Source: Armatimonadota bacterium
Lineage (GTDB): Bacteria; Armatimonadota; SYMT01
DNA length: 40,537 nucleotides
Direction: 5' to 3'
Assembly (NCBI GenBank): GCA_041690135.1
Contig: JAWLHY010000023.1
Span: forward strand, 1-40,537
Shown: piece by piece, positions 8,584-17,757 of the stretch
Layout: each line of letters opens with the position of its first letter
Position numbering within the stretch: the stretch's first letter is position 1
Made by a program: the position numbers and the translations under genes
Notes under the pieces: generated by a model
The model's database searches: none
Told to the model about the DNA's origin: nothing
What the model saw: the letters and a program-made list of their open reading frames with translations, nothing else

Positions 8584-11439
8584 TTAGTCCACGTACAGGA
8601 ATTCATTGGAGCAGAAGAGGATCTGGCAGTAGCTCTGCCACGCCTTCCGGCGAGCTTCATCGCGCGCGGTACCGGACTTCGCGACCTCCGCCGCGTACTC
8701 CCCCAGGAACCGCAGGCCGCGATCCAGTTCGTCCGGTCGCGGTGGACGACCGTAGGCGCGCCGGAACGCCTCCGTGATGCGCACCCGGTCTTCCGCGGCA
8801 ACCGCTTCCAGGGCACCGGCCCACTCGCGCGCCCACTCCAGCACCAGCGGATGGTTCATCAGGAAAAGCGCCTGCGTGGGGACCACCGTCTCGCTCCGGC
8901 GGGTGGTCACGGCGCTGGGATCGGCGAAGTCGAACAGCTCCAGCAGCTCGAACAGGGAGTTGCGGACCACCGGCAGGTACACCGTCCTCCGGGGGGTCTC
9001 ATAGACCTTCGCGGCAAAGTCGGAGGAATCGTCGGTAGTAACCCGGGTGAAGTTGGGGAAGTCCAGGATGCTCCCGCCCATCTTGAGATCGAGCCGGCCG
9101 TTGATGGCCAGAATGGCGTCCCGGATCTCCTCCCCCTGGAGCCGCCGCCGCTCGAACCGGCTGTAAAGACGGTTCTCGGGGTCCTTCCCCATCGCCGCCG
9201 GATCCGGCCGGTTACTCATCCGGTAGGTGTTCGACATCAAGATCAGCTTGTGCAGCCGCTTGGTGCTCCAGCCCAAGCCTTCGGCGGGACCAGGGGTCGG
9301 GGGTTGGGGGCCGGGAGACCCGTAATGCGTACTGCCTATTGCGTAACCCGAACCACCTGCGTAACGCGTATTGCGTAATGCGTAATGGGAACCCCGGGAA
9401 CCAAAAGCAGTTGCGGTCAACAGGGCCCCTCTCTCCCCTGCTCCCTTCACCCTTGCACCCCTGCGTCGTGACAAACCGTACCTGTTCCGTTCAACAGGCA
9501 CCCCTGCTCCCTTCGCCCCCGCTCCCTTGCCTTTTGCCGCACGGTACTTCTCTTGCCCAACCGGCTCCCCCGCACCCAGCCCCCTTGCTCCCGTGCCTTC
9601 GGTTGAACCGTACTCGGCCTGCACACCATAGCCCCTGCCCCCTGCCCCCCGGCCCCCAGCCCCGGCGACGAAGGAGCTTGCCAGCCAGTCCAAAAGCTCC
9701 GGGTGCGTGGGCTTTTCGCCGAGGCTGCCGAAGTTATCGGAGGTGGCGACCAAGCCGCGACCGAAGTGGCCCTGCCAGACGCGGTTCACCATCACGCGGG
9801 CGGTCAGGGGGTGCTCGGGATGGGTGAGCCAGCGGGCAAATTCCAGGCGACCGCTCCCCCGGAACGTCTGGGGTGAGTTACCGGCCAGGACGGCCGGAAA
9901 CCCGCGCTTCACCGGGGCCGCGGGCTGGTTGTGGTCGCCGCGGATGTAGAGGGGCAGATCCTCGGGCTCGCCGTCGATCACCGCCAGGGCATAGGGGACG
10001 GGAGGCGGCGCGGACTTCTCCAGGGCGGCGATCCGGGCTTCCAACTCCTGCTGCCGCGCGGGCTCCGCCTTCTTCTTCTGCAAGCCCTGGAGGGTCTTCT
10101 TCGCCTCGTCAAGTGCCTTCTGGTGCGCTTCGGCCTGGGCGACCACGTCGGCCGGCGCGAGCGGGACCTCGGACCACTTCCGGTCTTTGAGGGAGATCAT
10201 CGTGCGGGTGGACTTGAGAATGCCCGCAAACGCCGTATAGTCGCGCTGGGTAAAGGGGTCGAACTTGTGGTCGTGGCACCGCGCGCAGGAGAGCGTCACC
10301 CCCATGAAAACGCGCGAAGTGACATCCACCTGCTCGTCAATAATGTCCAGCAGAACCTGCTGCTTGTCCGGGTTGGCCAGCAGCTTCGGGCCCACCATCA
10401 GGAAGCCGGTCGCGGTAATGCGGCGGTAGTTCTCCTGGGGTTCCGGGCTCGGCGGCTGGAGGTCGCCCGCAAGCTGTTCCTGGACGAAGCGGTCGTAGGG
10501 GAGATCCCGGTTGAAGGCGTCGATCACGTAATCCCGGTACCGCCAGGCGTAGGCGTAGTGATAGTTCTCGTCCAGCCCATTCGTGTCGGCGTAGCGCACG
10601 CAATCGAGCCAATACCGCCCCCACTTCTCCCCGTAGCGAGGGGAGGCCAAGAGACGGTCCACGACCTTCTCCCAGGCGTTCGGGCTCCGGTCCGCGAGGA
10701 ACGCGTCCACCTCACCCGGTGTGGGCGGCAGCCCCGTCAGATCGAAGGTCGCCCGCCGGATCAACGTTCGCCGATCCGCAGGCATCGCCGGCTTCACCCC
10801 CGCCTTCTCCAGCCCCGCCAGCACAAACGCATCGATCGGAGACTTCACCCAGGCCCGGTTCCTTACCAGCGGAATGCCGGGGCGCTTCACAGACCGGAAT
10901 GCCCAGTGGGTGCCGCCGGAATTGACAATTGACAATTGAGAATTGTCAATTGTCAATCGCCCCTTTCCCCCGGCCCCTGACCCCTTTCCCCCAGGCGTTG
11001 GCCACGGGGCGCCCATCTTCACCCAGGCGGTGAGATCGGCAATCTGGTCCGGCCGGAGTTTGCGATCCGGCGGCATCTTAAGGCCGGGATCCATATGGCT
11101 CAATGCGCGGATTAGGGGACTGGCTTCCGGGTCACCTGGGACCAGCGTCGGGCCATTGGCTCCACCCTTCAGGAGCGCTTCTCGGGAATCGACCCGCAAG
11201 CGACCCTGCTGCAGCTTCGGACCGTGGCAGGTCGCGCATTTCTCCAGCAGAAGCGGGCGGACCTTGCTCTCGAAGAACATCCTCGGGTCCGGCTGCCGGC
11301 CAGCGCCCCGCGCCATCAACGCGGGAAGGAGTAGCAATGCGCCGCTACAGGCGACCAGCGAAGTCCGAGGAAACAACTGAAAGCGAGCGATCCGCACGAG
11401 GAAGTTCCTTAAGGGTCCGAAGTCCGGCAATTGTGACAC
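8584..11439 (-). CDS. PSD1 / planctomycete cytochrome c protein (PSCyt1 + DUF1549 + DUF1553)
   Basis: CATCH and CARCHDH haem motifs; LIRRATFDLTGLPPT, YRDYVI, PLTARVMVNRVW, HPELLDWLA; canonical neighbour of DUF1501. Confidence 0.93.
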   Translation of the reverse strand: MSQLPDFGPLRNFLVRIARFQLFPRTSLVACSGALLLLPALMARGAGRQPDPRMFFESKVRPLLLEKCATCHGPKLQQGRLRVDSREALLKGGANGPTLVPGDPEASPLIRALSHMDPGLKMPPDRKLRPDQIADLTAWVKMGAPWPTPGGKGSGAGGKGRLTIDNSQLSIVNSGGTHWAFRSVKRPGIPLVRNRAWVKSPIDAFVLAGLEKAGVKPAMPADRRTLIRRATFDLTGLPPTPGEVDAFLADRSPNAWEKVVDRLLASPRYGEKWGRYWLDCVRYADTNGLDENYHYAYAWRYRDYVIDAFNRDLPYDRFVQEQLAGDLQPPSPEPQENYRRITATGFLMVGPKLLANPDKQQVLLDIIDEQVDVTSRVFMGVTLSCARCHDHKFDPFTQRDYTAFAGILKSTRTMISLKDRKWSEVPLAPADVVAQAEAHQKALDEAKKTLQGLQKKKAEPARQQELEARIAALEKSAPPPVPYALAVIDGEPEDLPLYIRGDHNQPAAPVKRGFPAVLAGNSPQTFRGSGRLEFARWLTHPEHPLTARVMVNRVWQGHFGRGLVATSDNFGSLGEKPTHPELLDWLASSFVAGAGGRGAGGRGYGVQAEYGSTEGTGARGLGAGEPVGQEKYRAAKGKGAGAKGAGVPVERNRYGLSRRRGARVKGAGERGALLTATAFGSRGSHYALRNTRYAGGSGYAIGSTHYGSPGPQPPTPGPAEGLGWSTKRLHKLILMSNTYRMSNRPDPAAMGKDPENRLYSRFERRRLQGEEIRDAILAINGRLDLKMGGSILDFPNFTRVTTDDSSDFAAKVYETPRRTVYLPVVRNSLFELLELFDFADPSAVTTRRSETVVPTQALFLMNHPLVLEWAREWAGALEAVAAEDRVRITEAFRRAYGRPPRPDELDRGLRFLGEYAAEVAKSGTARDEARRKAWQSYCQILFCSNEFLYVD
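9274..9666. repeat. In-frame mosaic of 7-8 bp tandem repeats inside the DUF1553 coding region
   Basis: G-rich heptamers at 9291-9317, TTGCGTA-type heptamers at 9321-9386, CCC(C/T)TGCT-type octamers at ~9425-9590, C-rich heptamers at 9632-9666; 393 nt, in frame. Confidence 0.85.
10921..10992. repeat. Palindromic ATTGACA heptamer array plus CCCCTTT-type heptamers in a coding linker
   Basis: attgacaattgacaattgagaattgtcaattgtcaat is a perfect inverted repeat apart from 3 central bases. Confidence 0.85.
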
Positions 11440-11583
11440 GCCACTCCGCCGGAGGTTTCTCCGGTAGCAACCGCAGTCGCGGAAGGGGCTCGCTACGGCA
11501 ATGCGGGTACAACAGCGGCGGAAGAGACTGAGATCCCCGCCCCAACGAACCCAGGGGCGAATGCGGGCACGCGTCCATTCCGG

Positions 11584-12165
11584 TTACCCGTTGGGGATCG
11601 GCGGCTCGCTCTCGTGGGCTGAATCAGCTTGCTCCTCTCCAGGGTAACGCATGATCGCCTGGAGGGAGTAGTAAAGGGCGGTGTACCACGGTAAGGCCGG
11701 CAGGTGAGAGTTCAGAGCGATCTGGCGGACCGCGAGAAAGAACATCAGCCAGGGTACGGATGAGCGGAGGTCGAGGCGCCCCTCCGTTGTCTCACAGACC
11801 CAGCGATCCGCCTGGTTCCAACCGCGGCGAGTCGCCAGAATCAATTCCGCCCCCACCGGGCGGTGCCTCTTCATCCGGTCCGTCGTGCTTCCGGAGGGTG
11901 CTTCGGTGTCCGGAGTGGTCCGGAGCAGGTGCGCGTGGGCGGACAGGGCCTCACGAAAGGCGACCGGGGTGGTATCTTCCAGGCTGTAGGAAAAGACGAC
12001 GGAGTTGGTGCGCGGGCGGACCGAAACCCCGTCCGCACCCGGCAAAACCGAACCCAGACGCTCCAACTCCGCTACGCGGGCCGGTTCACGCGCCAGGTCG
12101 GGGCAGCGAGCCCGGAGGCGGCCGGGAACCTCGTGCAAGATTTCCAATCGCGGCCTGGGATCCAT
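11584..12165 (-). CDS. HMA2 (heavy-metal-associated domain 2) protein with C-terminal TM helices
   Basis: HEVPGRLRAR motif, VSVRPRTNSVVFSY, C-terminal GRLDLRS...LPWYTALYY. Confidence 0.8.
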   Translation of the reverse strand: MDPRPRLEILHEVPGRLRARCPDLAREPARVAELERLGSVLPGADGVSVRPRTNSVVFSYSLEDTTPVAFREALSAHAHLLRTTPDTEAPSGSTTDRMKRHRPVGAELILATRRGWNQADRWVCETTEGRLDLRSSVPWLMFFLAVRQIALNSHLPALPWYTALYYSLQAIMRYPGEEQADSAHESEPPIPNG

Positions 12166-12168
12166 CGG

Positions 12169-12594
12169 CTAGGCCGCCTGGCTCTCCACCGTTTCCGCTT
12201 TACTCCGAGAGCGCCCGCTCTTTCGCTCCTCGTGCTCTTCTTCCTCGCCTTCGGCTCCGGGGGTCTCCCCTTCCGCCTGCCGCGCTTCCGCGTGTCCCGC
12301 CTCTGGGCCGGCCGTGTCTTCAGCCGTCAGCGTCATCATCTCGGTAGTTTCGGTGCCGTGTTCGTATTCGCTCTTGGCCTCGGCCATCAAGTCCTGCCAA
12401 CGCTCACCGGACTCGGCCAACCACTCACGGGTCTTGTCGGTGAGTGCCAGATAACCCTTGATTGCCTGCTTTGCCGCCGGGCGAAACTTCTTAGAGACGG
12501 CGGGGATAACCAGCGGTGCCAGCACTACCGCACCCAGACCTACGCCCAGCCAGCCCTTCCCTTCCATCTTTTCCGCAAGATCTTCGATCGCCAT
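12169..12594 (-). CDS. DUF5132-like protein
   Basis: GLGAVVLAPLVIPAV...RPAAKQAIKG...AESGERWQDLMAEAKSE; GGGAGG RBS before ATG 12594. Confidence 0.78.
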   Translation of the reverse strand: MAIEDLAEKMEGKGWLGVGLGAVVLAPLVIPAVSKKFRPAAKQAIKGYLALTDKTREWLAESGERWQDLMAEAKSEYEHGTETTEMMTLTAEDTAGPEAGHAEARQAEGETPGAEGEEEEHEERKSGRSRSKAETVESQAA

Positions 12595-12850
12595 CGCACG
12601 CCTCCCACGTTTTCCCGCCGCAACCAAGCCAATGGCTTGTCCGGCAAGGAGACCTCTCGCCTGACTAAGATCGTATACCCTGCCCGAAGCAGGTCGAAAC
12701 GATTTCAGCAGGCGCCGCGACACGCCCGGGGATGAAGCTGCTGCAAGTTTGCAAGACAGGGAATGGGCAGTTAGCATACAATAAGTCTGGCCGAGCCAAA
12801 AGCTAGCATTCTCCGGTGATCCACTCTTCCGGGTGCGTAGGTGTCACTTT

Positions 12851-13624
12851 ATGGATAGGGCGTCTCGCGACCCGCTACGGAGCTTTCACGAAACCGGTTA
12901 CGCCGTCATCCGAGGCGCCTTGGCCGCGGAGATCGAGTGGATTTCCACGGAGTTTGACGCGGTATTTCGCGAGGCGGGAATCGTACCGAGTAGCCACACC
13001 CGAACTTATCTGGTTCCGTTCCTGGACCGCAGCAAGCGGCTGTGCACACTCCTGGATCACCCCGGCCTGCTCTCTGTGCTGGAACGCCTCATCGGCACGG
13101 AGTTCCAGTATCTCGGCGGGGACGGCAACTACTTTGCCGGCGATACACCCTGGCACCGGGACACGGATTATGGCCTGGGCTTCGTGAAGGTGCTGCTCTA
13201 TCTCGAACCCCTCAAACGCGAAACCGGGTGTCTACAAGTACTTCCCGGCACGCACCGCCCCGGAGAGGCCCTCACCCGTTGGGAATCGGAACTCCGGTCG
13301 GGGTGCTCACCGGAGGGTGAAGCCCTGGAAAACCGGCCCGGAGATCTGGTGGTTTTCGACCATCACCTCTATCACGCGTCTTTTGGCGGCCAGGCGCGGC
13401 GGGCACTGGCTCTGAACTTTTGCCCACCCTGCGAGACCCCGGAACAACAGGAACACCTGCGCCGGTACATCGCCTCGTTTCGCCGGTTCTGGACCATGCC
13501 CATGCATGGCGACGCACTCCGTAACGGAGCTCCCCCGGAACGACTGCGACACCTTCGCCAGTACCCTATCTTCTCCCGGCGCGATGCGCTGCGCCTGCTG
13601 ATGCGACGGCTGAACCACTCCTGA
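12851..13624 (+). CDS. Phytanoyl-CoA dioxygenase (PhyH) family Fe(II)/2OG oxygenase
   Basis: FHETGYAVI, WHRD (HxD), GCLQVLPGTH, PGDLVVFDHHLYHAS. Confidence 0.9.
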   Translation: MDRASRDPLRSFHETGYAVIRGALAAEIEWISTEFDAVFREAGIVPSSHTRTYLVPFLDRSKRLCTLLDHPGLLSVLERLIGTEFQYLGGDGNYFAGDTPWHRDTDYGLGFVKVLLYLEPLKRETGCLQVLPGTHRPGEALTRWESELRSGCSPEGEALENRPGDLVVFDHHLYHASFGGQARRALALNFCPPCETPEQQEHLRRYIASFRRFWTMPMHGDALRNGAPPERLRHLRQYPIFSRRDALRLLMRRLNHS

Positions 13625-13649
13625 GAGCCGTCACCGGACCGCCGGAACC

Positions 13650-13985
13650 GTGAACTCGCGTCGGCGGATCGAGGCACACCGGCCCACGCTCCCAAACAGA
13701 GCGACAGCCCCCCGATTCCCTCTCCGCGCGCAACCCCAAGCGGACGCCACGCCGAACACCTACATTGGTGCCTGGCGTCTCTACCCGCCGACCCGCGGTA
13801 CCCTGGCGGACTCCCTCGATGGCCGCCAGACTCCTATTTGGACGGCTGCCAGCCAACCCCAATTCAACCTCTGCGTGCGCCACAGTGAGAGGGGGAACGT
13901 GCTGTTCGTGGACGGCCACGTCAAGTGGTACAAGTGCGGGACCCTGCTCTATGGTCCATGGACACCTACTTTAGCCTGGACTTAA
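13650..13985 (+). pseudogene. C-terminal fragment of a DUF1559 / H-X9-DG prepilin-type gene
   Basis: RHSERGNVLFVDGHVKW motif with no N-terminal FTLIELL segment. Confidence 0.6.
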
Positions 13986-14278
13986 GTGCTAACTACCACA
14001 CACGAAAGCGGCTCAGACCAACGCTGCCGAGGCCGCTTGATTGTCCTGGGTTTTACCCCTCTTCCACTCGGATGGCTTCCGACGTTGGCACGAACTTACA
14101 ACCGATCCCTGCCCAACACGGAGAGTAATTAGAGAATAATATTTGCGACATCTTTCAAGTAGATTGTAAATGCTTAAGCCTTTTTTCAGAATTCGCGAAA
14201 CTTGATGGATCCGAGTTCGTCTAACGTGTGGCCGCCCTTCAAGGGTGGCCGTTTTCTTCTTCAGAGAGGAACTTCCCT

Positions 14279-14926
14279 ATGCCAGGCCTTCGCCGCCGTA
14301 GCCACGGCTTCACCCTGATTGAACTGCTCGTGGTGATTGCCATCATCGCCATCCTGGCCGCCATCCTTTTCCCCGTCTTCGCACGTGCCCGTGAGGCCGC
14401 CCGCGCCACAAGCTGCCGCTCCAACGTCAAACAGATCATGACGGCCATCATGATGTACGCCCAGGATAATGATGAGGCGCTGCACTACCACGACGGCCGA
14501 ACCAGCCCCCAGACTTGCTGGGCCTTCATCATGAATCCCTATATCAAGAACGGGCAGGTCTGGAAGTGCCCCAGCGACACCGCCCCGGGCAACACTTGGA
14601 ACGGTACCGCCACCGACTACGCAATCAGCTACGGCTGGAGTTGGACGTGGCTCAATGGACAATCGCTGGCCGCTATCGGGAAGCCCGCCGACACCATAGC
14701 CGTGACGGATGCAGCCAATTGGGTTTCCCGCGCCTGGGATGACTATCCCGTGGTTGCGCCCAATTACTACCCGGTTATGTACCGGCACAACGAGATGGCC
14801 AACATCGGCTTCCTGGATGGCCACGTGAAGGCCATGAAGATCCACGCCGTACGGCAGCAGGCCACTGCCGAAGATGGCCTGGCCCTAGCGGGCAACGATG
14901 TTTGGGTCATGTGGAACCGTTACTAA
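14279..14926 (+). CDS. Prepilin-type N-terminal cleavage/methylation protein, DUF1559 / H-X9-DG
   Basis: [33 protein letters not shown]...CPSD...[16 protein letters not shown]; GAGAGGA RBS. Confidence 0.95.
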   Translation: MPGLRRRSHGFTLIELLVVIAIIAILAAILFPVFARAREAARATSCRSNVKQIMTAIMMYAQDNDEALHYHDGRTSPQTCWAFIMNPYIKNGQVWKCPSDTAPGNTWNGTATDYAISYGWSWTWLNGQSLAAIGKPADTIAVTDAANWVSRAWDDYPVVAPNYYPVMYRHNEMANIGFLDGHVKAMKIHAVRQQATAEDGLALAGNDVWVMWNRY

Positions 14927-15272
14927 TACGCTGCCGGACGTCCATCTGTAGATAGACACGAAGTCGGACCCCAAGCCACCTCCAGCGGCGGTTTACCGCA
15001 GCATGGGTCGCTTGGGGTCTGTTCTGATTCCACAGTGGAACCGGCACAGCATCGGAGAGAGGCGTTCCGCGACGGATGGGACTCGCCGGTTCCCTCGCAG
15101 CACTCCCGCCGACCACTCAGACACGTTGCCAATCCGCAAGGTTTTAGCAACACGGAGCGCATGGTGGCCGTCAAATGAGGGGGACAGACGGCAACTCGCC
15201 AGTCCTGCGGTTACTGAAGAGGCGGGCCCGATCACCCCCCTGCTCACCCTATCCAGCGGAAAGGACCCTGGC

Positions 15273-16541
15273 ATGCGACGCACGCTGACGTACGTCCCGC
15301 TCCTGGCGACCTCCATCCTGATCCCGGCACTCACACCTTTAGGAGGAGCCGCCCAGCAGCCGGTAGGTCCGTGGGCCCAGTTCCGCGGTCCCGGGGGCCA
15401 GGGACACAGCACCGAACGAGGCCTGCCCGCGACGTGGAGCAGCACGGTAAATATAGTCTGGAAGACACCGCTCCCCGGTGGCGGGACCTCCAGTCCGATC
15501 GTTGCCGGAAGCCGAATCTTTCTCACCTGTTACAGCGGCGTGGCGGCAGAGGGTCTGAAGCGGCACCTGGTGTGTCTTGACCGGAGCAGCGGCAAGGTCC
15601 TGTGGGACCGCGCGGTCGCCGCGAAACTGCCGGAGCAGGAGCGGATCCGAGAAGAACACGGGTACGCTTCCAGTACACCGGTGGCCGATGCGGAGCGGGT
15701 GTACGCCTTCTTCGGAAAGAGCGGCGTGGTGGCGTTCGATCACGCCGGCCGTCAACTGTGGCAGTCCGACGTGGGATCGGGGCTGAACGGCTGGGGCTCG
15801 GCCGCCTCCCCTGTGCTTTACGGCGAGCTGGTGATCGTCAACGCCAGCGTGGAGAGCGACTCCCTGGTAGCCCTCGACCGGAAGACGGGACAAGAGCGCT
15901 GGCGGGCCGGCGGCATTAAGGAGTCGTGGAACACCCCCATTCTCGTCCAGAGCCCTACCGGGAAGGCAGAACTGGTGCTCGCCATCTTCGGCAAGGTGCT
16001 CGGCTTCGACCCGGCTTCAGGGCGGCAACTCTGGTCGTGCAACACCGATATAGGCTGGTACATGGTGCCCAGCCTGGTCGCGCGCGACGGTATCGTCTAT
16101 TGCATCGGCGGCCGGCAAGGGGGTGCGCTGGCCGTGCGGACCGGCGGGCAGGGAGACGTGACCGGCTCGCGCCGGCTCTGGACCCTCCGCAAGGGCTCCA
16201 ACGTCACCTCTCCGGTTCTGGTAGGCGACCACCTCTACTGGATGCACGAGAACCTGGGCATCGCCCTTTGCGTGGAGGCCAAGACCGGCCGCCTGGTCTA
16301 TGAAGAGCGCGTGCCGGCCCGGCTCGGCCAGGTGTACGGCTCCCCCATCGTGGCCGACGGCAAGATCTTCTATCCCTCCCGCGGCGGCCAGACGGTGGTG
16401 GTGCCCGCCTCGCCGCGCTTCCAGGTGCTGGCGGTCAACGACCTCCGCGACGGCAGCTCCTTCAACGCCTGCCCCGCCGTGGCGGGAGGCAAGCTCCTGA
16501 TCCGTTCGGACAAGTACCTCTACTGCATAGGGAGCCGATAG
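15273..16541 (+). CDS. PQQ-binding-like beta-propeller repeat protein (secreted)
   Basis: Signal peptide, WAQFRGPGG, repeated SSP/STP and G...W blades. Confidence 0.92.
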   Translation: MRRTLTYVPLLATSILIPALTPLGGAAQQPVGPWAQFRGPGGQGHSTERGLPATWSSTVNIVWKTPLPGGGTSSPIVAGSRIFLTCYSGVAAEGLKRHLVCLDRSSGKVLWDRAVAAKLPEQERIREEHGYASSTPVADAERVYAFFGKSGVVAFDHAGRQLWQSDVGSGLNGWGSAASPVLYGELVIVNASVESDSLVALDRKTGQERWRAGGIKESWNTPILVQSPTGKAELVLAIFGKVLGFDPASGRQLWSCNTDIGWYMVPSLVARDGIVYCIGGRQGGALAVRTGGQGDVTGSRRLWTLRKGSNVTSPVLVGDHLYWMHENLGIALCVEAKTGRLVYEERVPARLGQVYGSPIVADGKIFYPSRGGQTVVVPASPRFQVLAVNDLRDGSSFNACPAVAGGKLLIRSDKYLYCIGSR

Positions 16542-16586
16542 CTGGTACGGTTTGGCAGGACCGGATCTGAGTTAGCAAGTTGGAAA

Positions 16587-16653
16587 GTTGCAGCCCCCCT
16601 CGGGGGCCAGGGGTTGCAGCCCCCCTCGGGGGCCAGGGGTTGGAACCCCCGGC
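16587..16653. repeat. 26-bp exact tandem duplication ending in a REP-like palindrome
   Basis: gttgcagcccccctcgggggccaggg x2, then gttggaacccccggc, giving the hairpin gccaggggttggaacccccggc. Confidence 0.75.
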
Positions 16654-17005
16654 GACGCCGACAGGTATGGGGCGGCGTGAGAGGGTAGCGGGTCACCTGT
16701 CACGCCAATCTCCGACTGACCACACCGGTTCTGCGCGGCGGCAAGGGGCTCCCGGCAAGCGAAAAATGTATTGTCCTTGCACGTGCAAAAGTAGGGCGGG
16801 ATCTCCGTCCCAGCCTGGCTCTGGTCTTGCACCCATCCCGCCTTGCGCGCCTCCCTTCACCATTACCTCCACACCCGAACTGCACCACGGTCTGTCCTGG
16901 GCGTGGTGGATGATAGACCTGCGCCCGTGGTAGGACGGACGCCTGGGAGGGTGACCCAAAGGAAAGCCCGCGCCGGCAAGCCGACGCAGGCTCTGTGATA
17001 CTCGG

Positions 17006-17362
17006 TTAGCGGCTTGCAGTCCCCGGCTCGACGACCGCGCGGACGTACTTGGCGGAGTCCCAAATCGGGAGATGGGTGCTGGCGTAATAGCGACCCTTAC
17101 CGACGTGTCGCGCCGGCAGCAGGCGCGGTTCATCCCGCTTGAAAGAAGGGACTCGAAGATGCACCGTGGCATCATCCACCGGCCTTCCGGCCTCGTCGCG
17201 CACCGACACCGTAAACCCATAGATGCTCTGTTTAGCCAGCAGTGCCTGGTGTGACACCCGGACCTTCCAGCCCTCGGGCCGGTTAGCCTCGGCCGTCAGG
17301 GGCGCCGCCAGGGCCAGCGCCAGCCCACTCAATGCCAGTAGTGTTTGCTTCAGGTTTTTCAC
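17006..17362 (-). CDS. Secreted YtkA/FixH-like Ig-fold protein
   Basis: Signal peptide; VSVRDEAGRPVDDATV...GKGRYYA pattern; AGGAG RBS before GTG. Confidence 0.7.
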   Translation of the reverse strand: MKNLKQTLLALSGLALALAAPLTAEANRPEGWKVRVSHQALLAKQSIYGFTVSVRDEAGRPVDDATVHLRVPSFKRDEPRLLPARHVGKGRYYASTHLPIWDSAKYVRAVVEPGTASR

Positions 17363-17757
17363 TTTTGTTCTCCTACTTTACGCCGGGCTTTGCCGGGCGC
17401 GGGTAACGTCGATGTTCCCTCCGAGTTGCGCCGGGCGGCTGGAACTCCATTGTCCCAGTCGTCCAAACTGCGCATCTCGGTGTTGGCGTAGTCCGGCTGC
17501 CACCGAACCGGGGAATCCGTTCGGCAGGCACCACCGGAAACTAGGGTCGAGGTAACCCGACCCCCGCTCCCCCTTCAGTCCCAAGGGCAGGCGATCGGGC
17601 AATCGTCTGTGGGGAAAGCCCTTACTGTCGCACCCTACGAACTGGCGCCGGCTGGTTGCCGGCTGACGTCAGCATGGCAGAGCAACCAGGGAGTCGCCAG
17701 TAGGTTGCCCTTGGATGCGACCCCTTTCGGGACGCACGCGGGTACGCAGAAAGGCCC

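Noticed and set aside
16587-16653. CRISPR array
   Set aside because: Adjacent tandem copies with no spacers, and no cas genes in the window.
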